This document shows, one piece after another, positions 29,701 through 38,804 of a stretch of 64,000 bases of DNA. The translations under genes were made by a program, and so were the position numbers. How positions within the stretch are numbered: the stretch's first letter is position 1; each line of letters starts with the position of its first letter. This stretch comes from a bacterium (GTDB lineage Bacteria; J088; JAWLBW01), in contig JAWLHK010000006.1 in NCBI GenBank assembly GCA_041690355.1, forward strand, positions 124,001 to 188,000. Reading direction: 5' to 3'. A model generated the notes under the pieces. The model did no database searches and was not told where the DNA came from. It saw only the letters and a list, made by a program, of their open reading frames with translations.

Positions 29701-30210
29701 CTCGACCGCGCCGTCTTCGACGCCTACGGGTGGAGCGACCTGGGCGAGAAGCTCGTCGGCCGCCCGGGGGCGATCACGCCGCTCCCCGACAAGCCGGCCG
29801 ACCAGGCCGAAGCCGAAGAAGCGCTGCTCCAGCGCCTTGTCGACCTGAACGCCGCCCGCGCCGCCGAAGAGGCCCGCGGCCACATCCGCTGGCTGCGCCC
29901 CGAGTTCCAGGCGCCGCAGACGGCGGCCGGGGCCGGCGAGCAGCAGGCGCTCGAGATGGACGAGGGTTCCGACGAAGACGCGCCCGCCACGGTCGCCCCG
30001 GCCGGGACCAAGGAGAACTGGCCGAAGGCGCTCCACGATCAGATTCGCGCCGTCCAGGCGCAGCTCCAGCTCGCCGGCTCGCAGACGGCGGCCCAGCTCG
30101 CCGACCGCTTCAAGCGCAAGCCCGTGCAGGGGGTGCAGGCGGTGTTGGAGGCCCTCGCTGCGCTCGGGCATGTGGCGGGCGAGGGCGGCGAGTGGAAGTG
30201 GGTGGGGTAG
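26722..30210 (+). CDS. MmeI-like type IIL/IIG restriction-modification fusion (N6-adenine MTase)
   Basis: FIDLYKRDCFVLEAK nuclease motif; GAHYTP; VLDPACGSGNFL (motif I); VGNPPF (motif IV). Confidence 0.9.
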   Translation: MSTLSEPPVPNEPAENLEAIEAFLARWKNVDGSERANYQLFLTELCVALGLDKPDPASKDTEQNAYVFERRVDNVERTGSSTANFIDLYKRDCFVLEAKQTGLNVATAGWDKAMEAAYQQASRYARALPAAEGRPPFVIVTDVGRSFEIYAEFSRSGANYVAFPDPRSYRIRLEDLRKPEIRARLRAIWTDPLTLDPGRQSAKVTREIADDLARLARSLEQSGHAADRVAQFLMRCLFTMFAEDVGLLPKNAFKDLLVSVRDNPSHFVPLVHGLWKTMNTGGFSPEIRESLLRFNGGLFEDTQVLNLTKDQIDLLIQAAKADWRYVEPSIFGTLLERALDPHERHKLGAHYTPRAYVERLVMPTIIEPLRQDWEIAKVAASTWEAQGKHDKAVQEIKDFQRKLCAVRVLDPACGSGNFLYVTLEHMKRLEGEVLNTLKDLGESGTLEMGGNTVDPHQFLGLEINPRAAAIAEMVLWIGYLQWHFRTHGHVNPPEPVLRNFHNIECRDALIEYDGWEWETDEQGKVVTRWDGRTFKKHPVTGEDVPDDAARVPNRIYKNPRKATWPEADFVVGNPPFIGARRIRSALGDGYVDSLRKTYPEVVESADFVMYWWHKAAENVAVGATRRFGLITTNSIVQDYSRPVVDMHLNKPKGPAIVFAVADHPWVESADGAAVRIAMTVVSGTSESANATLGREICSDSGGAADIQYRSVVAINASLTTGAGVHSAVPLTANANICFQGVVPAGDGFKLSEAEFSSLQLDIASLPSVIKKYVIGKDLVQRPEPKFIIDLFGYSLEEAKIGFPSLYQRLLDRVYPERKHNKRDAYRKNWWIFAEPRPAMRTALRGLSRFIATPYTAKYRPFIFVDGDTLPDAMAYAIASADAFILGVLSSKVHSLWAKAAGGTLEDRPRYNSKMTFLPFPFPSSSGESAENIRVLAENLDAHRKARQALQNSLTLTATYNVLEKLRSGEPLTAKERTIHEQGLVSVLKEIHDDLDRAVFDAYGWSDLGEKLVGRPGAITPLPDKPADQAEAEEALLQRLVDLNAARAAEEARGHIRWLRPEFQAPQTAAGAGEQQALEMDEGSDEDAPATVAPAGTKENWPKALHDQIRAVQAQLQLAGSQTAAQLADRFKRKPVQGVQAVLEALAALGHVAGEGGEWKWVG

Positions 30211-30211
30211 G

Positions 30212-31000
30212 GTGGGCTCAATAGCGATCTTGGATGACGAGGCTCTGTTCTTTGACGACGTCAAGGTAGACAAGGGGTGGTACCTTGCCACCTATTCACC
30301 ACCGAACCCTGGGGCATCATTCGCAACTTTATGTGTGAGCCTAGTCAACAGCGCTTCGCGTGAAGATGTGGCAGCTGCGGTCGAAGCAGAGCTCAATGAG
30401 TGGATGGACAGATATCCGATACCTTTGATGGCGACTGCATTCGACCAGGAGGGTGAGATAGTCAAGCTTCGCGGGATTACAGGCGAAGACCATGCAATTG
30501 GACTTACGGTGGATGGCATCCGAACGATCCACTGGCGGCTTCTAAAGAACGACGAGTTTCCTCAGAAGTCGTATCAAAACGGCTTTCTTCGACAGGTCTA
30601 TCATGACATTCGCTCACGAACAAGAGGCGAAATCCGAAGCCAGGTCTTGGAGGAAGTTAGGCCCCGCCGACTTGCCAAACTCTTCTTGGCCATTTGGGTG
30701 TTTCTTATCCCAGCCACAATTGCTGTATTCGAGCTGTTTAGCCCGATTTGGCTGGCGGCTGGAATATGCCTATATAGTATTGCGAAGGCAGGGCGCCAAG
30801 CACTGATTATGCTTGGCAAGGTTGAGAAGACCGAGTCGGAACGTCAGGAGGACGCGCGTGAGCAACGTCATGCCCACTTTATATACCATTGCGAACAGAA
30901 CCCCACCGGTTTTTCGCGACTTCGGAGCGAGAATTTCAGGAGATGGAACGTTGAAGCGAGGGCTGCAGAAGTCAAAGAGCTAAGAGAGGGTAGTCAATAA
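30212..31000 (+). CDS. Hypothetical protein with two C-terminal TM helices (lower GC); start uncertain
   Basis: Long ORF starting right after the R-M stop; hydrophobic hairpin near the C-terminus. Confidence 0.65.
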   Translation: MGSIAILDDEALFFDDVKVDKGWYLATYSPPNPGASFATLCVSLVNSASREDVAAAVEAELNEWMDRYPIPLMATAFDQEGEIVKLRGITGEDHAIGLTVDGIRTIHWRLLKNDEFPQKSYQNGFLRQVYHDIRSRTRGEIRSQVLEEVRPRRLAKLFLAIWVFLIPATIAVFELFSPIWLAAGICLYSIAKAGRQALIMLGKVEKTESERQEDAREQRHAHFIYHCEQNPTGFSRLRSENFRRWNVEARAAEVKELREGSQ

Positions 31001-31002
31001 CC

Positions 31003-31431
31003 ATGGAAACGATGAACAAGCAGATTTCCGATTTAGTGGACCAAAGAGTTCTTGAACAGTGGGGTGGCCGGTATCCTACTTGGGCAGAATTTAAGGCTGC
31101 CAGTAGTCAAGGGCGCGTGAGCGTGAATAAAACATTGGCTGCTAGTGCAATCTACTCGGATGCCGTGCCGCCTGGTTTCAGGATCATTTATGGCTACATC
31201 ACACTTTGGCTTGGCTTCTTGGTTGTCCCGGCCTCGCTCCTCGCTTATTTTTTCGCTGACGTCAGCGGTTGGTATATTGTCGCTTCGTTTTTTCTTGGCT
31301 GGTTTTTAATAAAGGTTTCTCGCGAAGGGCATTGTGAAGGAGTCCGAGCAGGGGCCGAGCGAAATGAACAATTTTATCAGGCGCTGGTTCAACATGGCGG
31401 ATTCCTGTTTTCAGATGAAATAAAGGGGTAA
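31003..31431 (+). CDS. Hypothetical two-TM protein (lower GC)
   Basis: 142-aa ORF, GAGG upstream, 2 bp after the previous stop. Confidence 0.7.
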   Translation: METMNKQISDLVDQRVLEQWGGRYPTWAEFKAASSQGRVSVNKTLAASAIYSDAVPPGFRIIYGYITLWLGFLVVPASLLAYFFADVSGWYIVASFFLGWFLIKVSREGHCEGVRAGAERNEQFYQALVQHGGFLFSDEIKG

Positions 31432-31436
31432 TTTCC

Positions 31437-32465
31437 GTGCCCATCTACACGCTTGCCACCGACACTCTGGAAGAAGTCCCCACGACGACCTTCAATAGTG
31501 AGCGTATCCTCGAGCGCCAGCACCTTCAGGCGGCTCTGAAGCGCCAGATTGATGTGATCGCGCCCGACTGTCTGGTGATCGCCGAGGAGTTTTCCGAATG
31601 GACCGAAAGCCAGCGGCGTATCGATCTTCTAGCCGTGGACGAAGATGCCAATCTTGTTGTCATTGAGCTGAAGCGGTCTGAGTCTGGCGAGCACATGGAG
31701 CTGCAAGCGTTACGCTATGCGGCGATGGTGTCGACACTCACATTTCAACGCGCCGTCGAGATTTATGATCGGTATCTACGGAATGCGGGGAGCGAGCTTG
31801 ATGCACGCGGCAACCTGCTCGAGTTTCTGGGCTGGAGAGAGCCGCATGAAGAGAATTTCGCCTCGGATGTTCGAATCATTCTGGTGTCGTCCGATTTCTC
31901 CAAGGAGCTCACCACCACAGTCATGTGGCTTAATGAGCGGAGTTTTGATATTCGCTGTGTGCGGCTCGTCCCCTATAAACTGGGCGACAAGCTTCTCATC
32001 GACGTGCAGCGTATCATCCCCCTTCCGGAGGCCGAGAGCTATCAGGTCAAGGTTCGCGAGCAGAAGGAAGAGCGCCGAGAAGCCCTTAAGTCGGCCAAGG
32101 ACTATACCCAGTACATTTTCAAAGGGCAGGAGTACTCAAAACGTGGCATTGTGCTGGCCGTCATTCAGGATTGGGTTGGGACTCATCGCCCCAAGTCATA
32201 CGCCGAGCTCGTGGCTGCCTTCCCGCTGAATCTTGCGCAGAGCAGCTTGTTCGTACCCGCCGATGATGCGAGAGAAATCTACCGCCGTCAAAAGATCTAT
32301 CGTCACTTCCTCGGTGACGGTGAGCTGGTTGAGTTTCCAGACGGCTCCCGGTATGCGATCCGCAACCAGTGGGGCAAGGATACGATCGGCAGGTTCCTCG
32401 AGCACGCTCGGGGGATGGGATACGAGATTCTGGAAGATGGTGTGAACGCAACTGTCACCCTGTAG
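31437..32465 (+). CDS. NucS/EndoMS-like PD-(D/E)xK nuclease with an extra C-terminal domain
   Basis: ERQHLQ...RRIDLLAVDEDANLVVIELKR...QALRY. Confidence 0.78.
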   Translation: MPIYTLATDTLEEVPTTTFNSERILERQHLQAALKRQIDVIAPDCLVIAEEFSEWTESQRRIDLLAVDEDANLVVIELKRSESGEHMELQALRYAAMVSTLTFQRAVEIYDRYLRNAGSELDARGNLLEFLGWREPHEENFASDVRIILVSSDFSKELTTTVMWLNERSFDIRCVRLVPYKLGDKLLIDVQRIIPLPEAESYQVKVREQKEERREALKSAKDYTQYIFKGQEYSKRGIVLAVIQDWVGTHRPKSYAELVAAFPLNLAQSSLFVPADDAREIYRRQKIYRHFLGDGELVEFPDGSRYAIRNQWGKDTIGRFLEHARGMGYEILEDGVNATVTL

Positions 32466-32881
32466 CCCCCTCGACGGCCCGTAGCGCCCGCACGGCAAGC
32501 TCCGCCACCAGTGCCAACGGCGTCCCGGCCGGAAGCGTGAGAGTCGCGCTCTTCGGGGTGACATGGGCGGGGGCCGGCGGGCCGGATGCCTCCCACCGTT
32601 CCCGCCACTGCTGCACCGCCTCGATCCGAGAGACGGCCGGGTCATTGCCGAAGAACTTCACGGTGAACCCGGCCCGTCTATTGCTCGAATATTCTACCAG
32701 CGGAGCGCTGCGCAGCGTCTCTATTTCTAGGCGGAATGGGCCTCGGACAATTGCTGTCCATCCCATCGGATAGCATGGTGTCGGTTGGCGGGCGTTTTGA
32801 TCGCTCGGTCGATATTACCGAACCGAATTCGGAGGCTAGGAACGTGGGGGTCTGCGACCAAAAATTGTATAGAATGAACCT

Positions 32882-33118
32882 ATGGCACGAACCCTTGAAG
32901 ACATCCGCCGCGACGCACTGGCGTTGACTCCCGAAGAGAAGTCGCGCCTGCTCCAGGACCTCATCGCCGATCTGGATGGGGTGACCGAGCAGAATGTCGA
33001 ACGCGAATGGGTCGCCGAGGCCGAGCGCCGTTACCGCTCGCTCCAGGCCGGCGAAACGACCGCGCGTCCCGCCGAGGAGGTTCTTGCGGACGCCCGGCGG
33101 AAGCTCAGAGAAGGGTGA
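32882..33118 (+). CDS. Addiction-module antitoxin (TIGR02574-like)
   Basis: ALALTPEEKSRL...EWVAEAERRY...PAEEVLADARR. Confidence 0.85.
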   Translation: MARTLEDIRRDALALTPEEKSRLLQDLIADLDGVTEQNVEREWVAEAERRYRSLQAGETTARPAEEVLADARRKLREG

Positions 33119-33405
33119 GCATCCGGTTCGAGGCCGCAGCGGAAGAGGAACTCCTTTCCTCCGCGCGCTGGTATGAATCCAAGGTCAGCGGCCTGGGGGA
33201 GGCTTTTCTTGAAGCAGCCGCGAAGGGTGTGCAGCGAATTCAGGAAAATCCTCGGAGCGGAATGCCGGTTTCCTCTTCCTTGCGCCGGATCATACTGCGG
33301 CCGTTCCCATTCGCGCTCATCTATCGGCTGGACGATGACGCAATAACCATTCTGGCGGTCGCACATCTACACCGACGGCCTGGCTACTGGCAAGACCGTG
33401 AATAA
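33115..33405 (+). CDS. RelE/ParE-family toxin
   Basis: GTGA overlap; AEEEL...WYE...GLGEAF...FPFALIY...ILAVAHLHRRPGYW. Confidence 0.88.
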   Translation: MSIRFEAAAEEELLSSARWYESKVSGLGEAFLEAAAKGVQRIQENPRSGMPVSSSLRRIILRPFPFALIYRLDDDAITILAVAHLHRRPGYWQDRE

Positions 33406-33497
33406 TTCTTTCTTTTATTACGCTTTGACACATGGGGTGCGTTAAGTTGGTCGCCCCGCTTTACCAGCATATTGGTTTGCCTGGAGTATTCCCTATC

Positions 33498-33695
33498 ATG
33501 ACGCTACTCGACTTTCTCGACGCCGCCGGTATCAAGGTTAACCGGAAGAACTATAAAGTGCACTTTGCCACCCCCGGGACTTTCGAGCCCCCGATGAACG
33601 CCTTCTATGCGGGCAAGTTCCAGGAGTGGCAGGAGCGGCAGGCGAAGCGGAACTTCGAGTGCGAACATATCGTCTCCTTGATAACACGATTTTGA
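33498..33695 (+). pseudogene. Probable truncated N-terminus of a GIY-YIG-family nuclease
   Basis: YKVHFAT...AFYAGKFQEWQERQAKRNFECEHIVSLI recalls the N-terminal region of such proteins; stops after 65 aa with no GIY-YIG motif. Confidence 0.5.
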
Positions 33696-33852
33696 GTCGC
33701 GTGCCGTTCGGGTACAACAAGAATTGAAGTAAGCTGTGATAGGCGCCGACGCCCACACCTGCAGCAGGTAAGTGAGCGCCGTTTGCGAGTAACCATTCGC
33801 GGATGTGGTGGACAAAAGCTGTCTAGACGGCGTGGTTGAATGGAGCAGCGGA

Positions 33853-34095
33853 ATGTCCATCCTTCGAAATCCGACCAAGGCAGAAGTCCACGCGTTACTC
33901 CGGGAGCACGAGTTCCTGCGCGTGCTTCAGGATGCCAACGGCGACGTCTACGTCTGGCCGGGTGCGCTCGCGGATCATGGGAGCATGGCCGAACACTTGA
34001 ATCTGGACGTGAAGGCAAAGAACCGCGGTCGGCTCTTCGGGCCCGAAGACATCGAGGATTACCGGGAACTGTTCCGGGACGATGGGGGCGATTGA
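33853..34095 (+). CDS. Small hypothetical protein
   Basis: GGAG upstream; 80 aa with host-like codon usage. Confidence 0.5.
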   Translation: MSILRNPTKAEVHALLREHEFLRVLQDANGDVYVWPGALADHGSMAEHLNLDVKAKNRGRLFGPEDIEDYRELFRDDGGD

Positions 34096-34151
34096 AAAGC
34101 CAACCGGGCAGGGGCGGTGGGGAAGGTGGCGGTGAAAAGAGCCCGTAGCCC

Positions 34152-35480
34152 TTACCCCACATTCCCCTCGGTGACCGGCGTCCACGCCCGCAGCAGGTGA
34201 GCGACGCTCTGGAGGGTCGCTTCGTCCTCGTCGTCGAAAGCGCCGTGTCGCCGGGCCGTGGATTGCCGCCCCGGATCCTCCGTACTCGTTGTCGGCGACC
34301 AGACGGGCGCCCGGTTCCCCTGGAAGTGCTCGCGGGCGAACCGCACCGACGGGTCTGGCTGGTGGGCGGGCGCCAGAAAGAAGCGCTGCATGCCGAGCAG
34401 CGGTTCGTCGACAGTATTCTCAAGAAGGCCCGACACGAAGTAGAGCAGGGAGGCCGGGTAGGCCGGGCCCGCCATGTCGTCGGCCTGCTCGATCGGGTCG
34501 TTCATGGCGAAGAGGCGCGTCTGGCCGACCCGCTCCCAGGCCATGCCCATGGTTTCGTGAAAGAACCGCATCGTGCACGCGGGCGCGAGCAGAATCAGGT
34601 TGAAGCGGGTCTGCAGGCCCCGTCGCTGCGCCTCCTGCAGCAGGCGTCCCGCAAAGATGGCGCCGGCGCTGTGTGCGACCAGGGATACCACGGGCACCCG
34701 GCCTGATTGCCCCATTTCGGCGAGCGCGCCGAGCAGTGCGGTGCCGCCGAAAAGCCGTGGGTCGGGGCCGAAGGCCCGGTCGATGTTCGCCTTCATCTCG
34801 TTCCAGAGTGCGCGGCCGATGTTATCGACGGGGAGCGAGCGGTAGATCTCTTCGAGGATGGTCACCGCAAGGCCATGGTCACGCCCGGCGCGGAAGCGCT
34901 CGACGATCCGCAACGGAACCGAGAAGGCGTCAAGGGCGAGCGTCGTGGCGATGCTCCCCATGGCCGTGGCCGCGGAGGCCGGCGCGAGCTTGTTGAACTG
35001 CACGGTCAGCCCTTCGGCCCGCAGGGCCGCCTGCATCTCGGGGTCGGCCAGCAGGGCGTCGCGGAATTCAGACCCCAGGGCTTCGAGGGTCGCATCGCTC
35101 GTAGCCGCTGGCGCGGGCAACCCCATGAAATGGGCCTTGATGCCCGCCGGCGCAGGTGTGACGGGGGGCACAATTCGCATCAGAATCCGGTACGCGGCAC
35201 GCACCGCGGGGTGTCCCGCGTGCGTCGTCAGGATGCTGGCAAGAGTCGCGAGTTCATCGGAGCTCCACGCAAGGAAAAGCGGAAAGGCGCCTGCCGCTTC
35301 GTACCGCGGCTGTATCTTCTGCGCCGTGCGCATGAGTTCGGCGCGCGACACGAGCCCGCCGTGCAGATGGACCACGAGGTGATGGCCCCCGCGATCATGA
35401 AAGGTCTGCAGAAGTGACCGGAGCTGGGCCTGCTGGCCATCGAGAAGCCGGCCGCGCTCCATCTGGATGACGTTCGCCAC
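34152..35480 (-). CDS. Hypothetical alpha/beta-hydrolase-fold protein
   Basis: HLHGGLV, SLVAHSAGA (nucleophile elbow), LLAPAC, RHGAFD. Confidence 0.7.
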   Translation of the reverse strand: MANVIQMERGRLLDGQQAQLRSLLQTFHDRGGHHLVVHLHGGLVSRAELMRTAQKIQPRYEAAGAFPLFLAWSSDELATLASILTTHAGHPAVRAAYRILMRIVPPVTPAPAGIKAHFMGLPAPAATSDATLEALGSEFRDALLADPEMQAALRAEGLTVQFNKLAPASAATAMGSIATTLALDAFSVPLRIVERFRAGRDHGLAVTILEEIYRSLPVDNIGRALWNEMKANIDRAFGPDPRLFGGTALLGALAEMGQSGRVPVVSLVAHSAGAIFAGRLLQEAQRRGLQTRFNLILLAPACTMRFFHETMGMAWERVGQTRLFAMNDPIEQADDMAGPAYPASLLYFVSGLLENTVDEPLLGMQRFFLAPAHQPDPSVRFAREHFQGNRAPVWSPTTSTEDPGRQSTARRHGAFDDEDEATLQSVAHLLRAWTPVTEGNVG

Positions 35481-35596
35481 GGGTGATCTCCAAGGGAAAA
35501 CATGCTCTGCCGGGCAGAGCGATGGAAGATCATATCACCAGGCGCGGGAAGAGCCCAAGCGGAATTCGCCACTCGTTGCCAAAGCCGGTCTCCCCA

Positions 35597-38500
35597 TCAC
35601 CGGGCCAGAACGGCCTCGACCCGGTTGTTCTTTTCCTTGCCCTTGAAACTGAAGCTGATCGTCAGCAGTTTCGTATTTCCTTTACCGCGCACCGGTAATG
35701 CGACCCCCTTGGAGCGCAGATAGCGTTCGACCGCGCGCCCGCGCTGCTCGCTGAGAGACTGCATCTGTTCAGGTGTGCCGACGATGTCGGTGTAGACGTG
35801 CAGTTCGATTTTCGCCGTCGGGACGGCCCGGGCCACGGCGACGAGATCGTCGAGGTTCTGCAGCGCGCCCGCGGCCGGAAAACTCGTTCCGGTCAGGAAC
35901 TGAACCCCCTCGAGGACGACGCTTTCGCCGGCCTGAAGCTTCTTGAACAGGGCTCGCTGCGACGCGGTCAGTTGCGCGGCCGGGTCCGGTCTCGCCGCGG
36001 CGGGTGCGGCCACCGGTGCAAGGGGTGGGGGTGCAACCGGCGGCGTCGGCGGTTGCGGCGACGGTGCGGACCGTGCGGGCGGCGTGGCGACGGGGCGCGG
36101 TGCGTCGACCGCCGGAGCAGAACTCGATCGTGCCAGTACCCGGTCGGTCGTCGTGCCGAGCACGAAATCAACGCCGTCGAATACGGTGCCGTCGGCTTCG
36201 ATGACGAAGCGCTGGCCGCCGGTCGCCGGCAGGCGTCGTCGCGCGAGATCGTCTGCGGCCGGTCGCAGGGTATAGGTGCCCGGCGGAATGCCGTGGAACC
36301 AGTAATATCCGTCGTAGGCGGTGTACTCGGTCTTGACCGTGCGCCCCTTGGCGTCGATAAGTTCGAGCAGCAAGCCGCCGACCGTCTGCCGGCTGCCGCG
36401 CTGCACGACGTAAACGGTGCCGTCAACCTCGCCTACGAGGCGAACCGGAAACTCGACGACGGCCGACATGCCCGGCCGGGGGGTCACGCGCACCCCTTCG
36501 ATCGCGGGTTGCATGGTCGTATCGGGCAGCGAGCCGGCTGCGATGCTCAGACTCACCGGCACGTGGGGGATGAGATCGGTCAGCAGGGCGACCCCGGTGG
36601 TTGACGTCGTCACGGGAGCGTCGCTGTCGTTAAGACGCAGCACGATGCCGGGTACGGGCGTCTCGCCTTCGTCATAGGCGCCGTTATCGTTGCGGTCGAC
36701 GAAGACCCTGACGGTCAGCGACCCGCTGCGCGCGGCCGGTCGGGCGTCGACGTACCATCGCCGCAAGTGATCGCCATGACCGACGCTGAAGCTGACCGAC
36801 AGTTCGGCCGTCAGGTCGTCGGCGCTGCTGCCGCGAAGATTGACGCCGGCGGTAAAGGCGCCGCTCTCTTTGAAGAGGCCCGCATTGTATACGGGCGCGG
36901 TTTCGAGAAAGCTCCAGAGGGTGCCCGCCGAAGCGAACCAGGCCGGCGCAAAGCGCCAGTCGACGTTCAGCGTGCCGGTGTGCGGCTCGAGAAGCGGATA
37001 GACACCGTACTGAAGCCCCGCCGAGAGCCCGACGCTCGAGAGCCGGCGCGAAAGATAGAGGCTGCCGTCGGCGTAGTGCTGATCGTCGGCATTCAGATCC
37101 CACACGTTCCAGTTGACTTCGTTGGCGAGCGAAAACCAGCGGTGCGAGAAAGTGAGCCGCTGCCCGACCCGCAGCGACCGTTGACCCGACGCGAACGTGT
37201 CATAGACCACGTCGTGGCCGACACCCAGCGGCAGAACCTTGGGATCGAAGGGGAGCCAGTCGACCCGCCCCGTGGCCCGATGCGCCAGCGGGTCCGGACT
37301 CGCGGGGAAGAGACCGCTTCGAAAGCCCATGAGGCGGACGTATGAAGCGTACAGGTTCATCCTGCCGAAGGCCAGGTTGCCCCCGGCGTGAAGGGCTTCG
37401 CCGCCGTCATGGGCTCGCGCGTAGTCGAAGAGGCTCCACAGCGCCTGCCAGTTGGCTCGCAGCCCGGCTTTGAAGAACTGGCTCCGCGTACCTCCGAGCG
37501 GGAGGCTGGCGCCGTAGAGCGTTCCCGAGAAGGGGCCCGCGAGACCGAAATCGACCTGGCCCGTGGCCGACGGCTCCCGATCTGCGTCGGCCTGAAAACC
37601 GGGCAGGCCGTCGTCCTGATATCCCGCGAGCAACCGGTAATAGACTTCGCCGGGCCGCCGGAAAGCTTCATTCTGGTTGAAGATGCGCACGTCTTCGCGT
37701 ACTTGCCCCTGTGGCCCATAGAAACGCAGCACAAACCGGTTGACCCCCGGGTAGAGCGGCATGTCGTCGAACACGTACTCGTCTTTCTCGCCCCGACCCT
37801 GATAGCCGAGCAGTACCTCGTTCCGGTACAGCTCGACTTCCCAGCCCGGCGGGAGCGGACCACGAAAGGAATGCGTGCCGAGGCGTTGCGGCGCGTGCAG
37901 GGGAAAACTGGAGACCAGCGCGCCGCGCAGGTGGCGGGCTCGATCGATGAGGTCGGCGCCCGGATCGTCCAGGTCACCGATACGGTATTCCCGCGCGCGC
38001 AGCGGCCCGAGTTCGTTCGGATCCGGATTGCTTCGGCCCAGGGTGACCCGGTAGTCGCGGAACGGCTCGTCGGAGTCTCCCGTGAAATAGGCCGAGGTCG
38101 AGTGCCACAGTACCTCACCCGCCAGAAACGAGGTATACCGCGCGACCCGTTCGGGCTCACCGCTTTCGACCCGCCGGTATCGGGCGCTGAGCGTCTGATC
38201 GAGAAAGGGGATGCGCAGCAATCGGTAGGGAACCGGTTGCTCGGGGTATTCGGGTGGTATCCACTCGGCCCCGCCGACCCGGCGTTGCTCGCGCTTCAAC
38301 CGGAGCTGGATGGGGAGCGTTTCTCTCGGTTCAGCCACCAGGAGGGCGGCCTTGCGGTCAAACCGAAAGGTAATGGGCCAGATGCGCGACAGGATCGGGG
38401 CGGCCAGGTAAACGTCGTCAACGTCGACGTAAACCGACTCCGGACGCAGGCCGAACTGCGTGTCGCCATACCGAACCCTGTGCAGTCGGGCATTGAGCTC

Positions 38501-38788
38501 GAAGGTTTCGCCCGCCTCAAGGATGGAGCCGCGGGCGATACCGTCCGGTGTCACGGTGACCCCCAGTTCGAGTAGACGGGCAATCTGTCCGACCGGCAGC
38601 AGAATCTGCCCGCCGCTTGCGTAAGCTGCGAGAATCGGCTCGAACACGATGCCATCGAGGCGCAGCTTGAGCAGGAGCACGTCGTCCGGAGCTCGCCCGT
38701 CGGTCTCGCGCGGCGCGGCGCGCAGCGATCCGGCGGACACAAGGAGGATCACGACGGCCCACGTTACCAGGGAAAAGCGGCGGTACAC
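35597..38788 (-). CDS. Usher-like outer-membrane protein with Ig-like repeats, Pro-rich linker and OmpA-like C-terminal domain
   Basis: Signal peptide; GWEVELYRNEVLL...LRFYGPQGQ plug-like segment; beta-rich body; FVDRNDNGAYDEGE; HVYTD...LSEQRGRAVERYL...NNRVE. Confidence 0.72.
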   Translation of the reverse strand: MYRRFSLVTWAVVILLVSAGSLRAAPRETDGRAPDDVLLLKLRLDGIVFEPILAAYASGGQILLPVGQIARLLELGVTVTPDGIARGSILEAGETFELNARLHRVRYGDTQFGLRPESVYVDVDDVYLAAPILSRIWPITFRFDRKAALLVAEPRETLPIQLRLKREQRRVGGAEWIPPEYPEQPVPYRLLRIPFLDQTLSARYRRVESGEPERVARYTSFLAGEVLWHSTSAYFTGDSDEPFRDYRVTLGRSNPDPNELGPLRAREYRIGDLDDPGADLIDRARHLRGALVSSFPLHAPQRLGTHSFRGPLPPGWEVELYRNEVLLGYQGRGEKDEYVFDDMPLYPGVNRFVLRFYGPQGQVREDVRIFNQNEAFRRPGEVYYRLLAGYQDDGLPGFQADADREPSATGQVDFGLAGPFSGTLYGASLPLGGTRSQFFKAGLRANWQALWSLFDYARAHDGGEALHAGGNLAFGRMNLYASYVRLMGFRSGLFPASPDPLAHRATGRVDWLPFDPKVLPLGVGHDVVYDTFASGQRSLRVGQRLTFSHRWFSLANEVNWNVWDLNADDQHYADGSLYLSRRLSSVGLSAGLQYGVYPLLEPHTGTLNVDWRFAPAWFASAGTLWSFLETAPVYNAGLFKESGAFTAGVNLRGSSADDLTAELSVSFSVGHGDHLRRWYVDARPAARSGSLTVRVFVDRNDNGAYDEGETPVPGIVLRLNDSDAPVTTSTTGVALLTDLIPHVPVSLSIAAGSLPDTTMQPAIEGVRVTPRPGMSAVVEFPVRLVGEVDGTVYVVQRGSRQTVGGLLLELIDAKGRTVKTEYTAYDGYYWFHGIPPGTYTLRPAADDLARRRLPATGGQRFVIEADGTVFDGVDFVLGTTTDRVLARSSSAPAVDAPRPVATPPARSAPSPQPPTPPVAPPPLAPVAAPAAARPDPAAQLTASQRALFKKLQAGESVVLEGVQFLTGTSFPAAGALQNLDDLVAVARAVPTAKIELHVYTDIVGTPEQMQSLSEQRGRAVERYLRSKGVALPVRGKGNTKLLTISFSFKGKEKNNRVEAVLAR

Positions 38789-38804
38789 CGGCAGCCGACC
38801 CTGT

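Noticed and set aside
32455-32766. Minus-strand 103-aa ORF
   Set aside because: No RBS or motif recognised and opposite to the island's orientation; may be a remnant but cannot be supported.
23676-34095. Integron cassette array
   Set aside because: No integron integrase, and I could not find attC-like RYYYAAC...GTTRRRY structures by eye; several genes are only 1-5 bp apart. An IntegronFinder run would be decisive.
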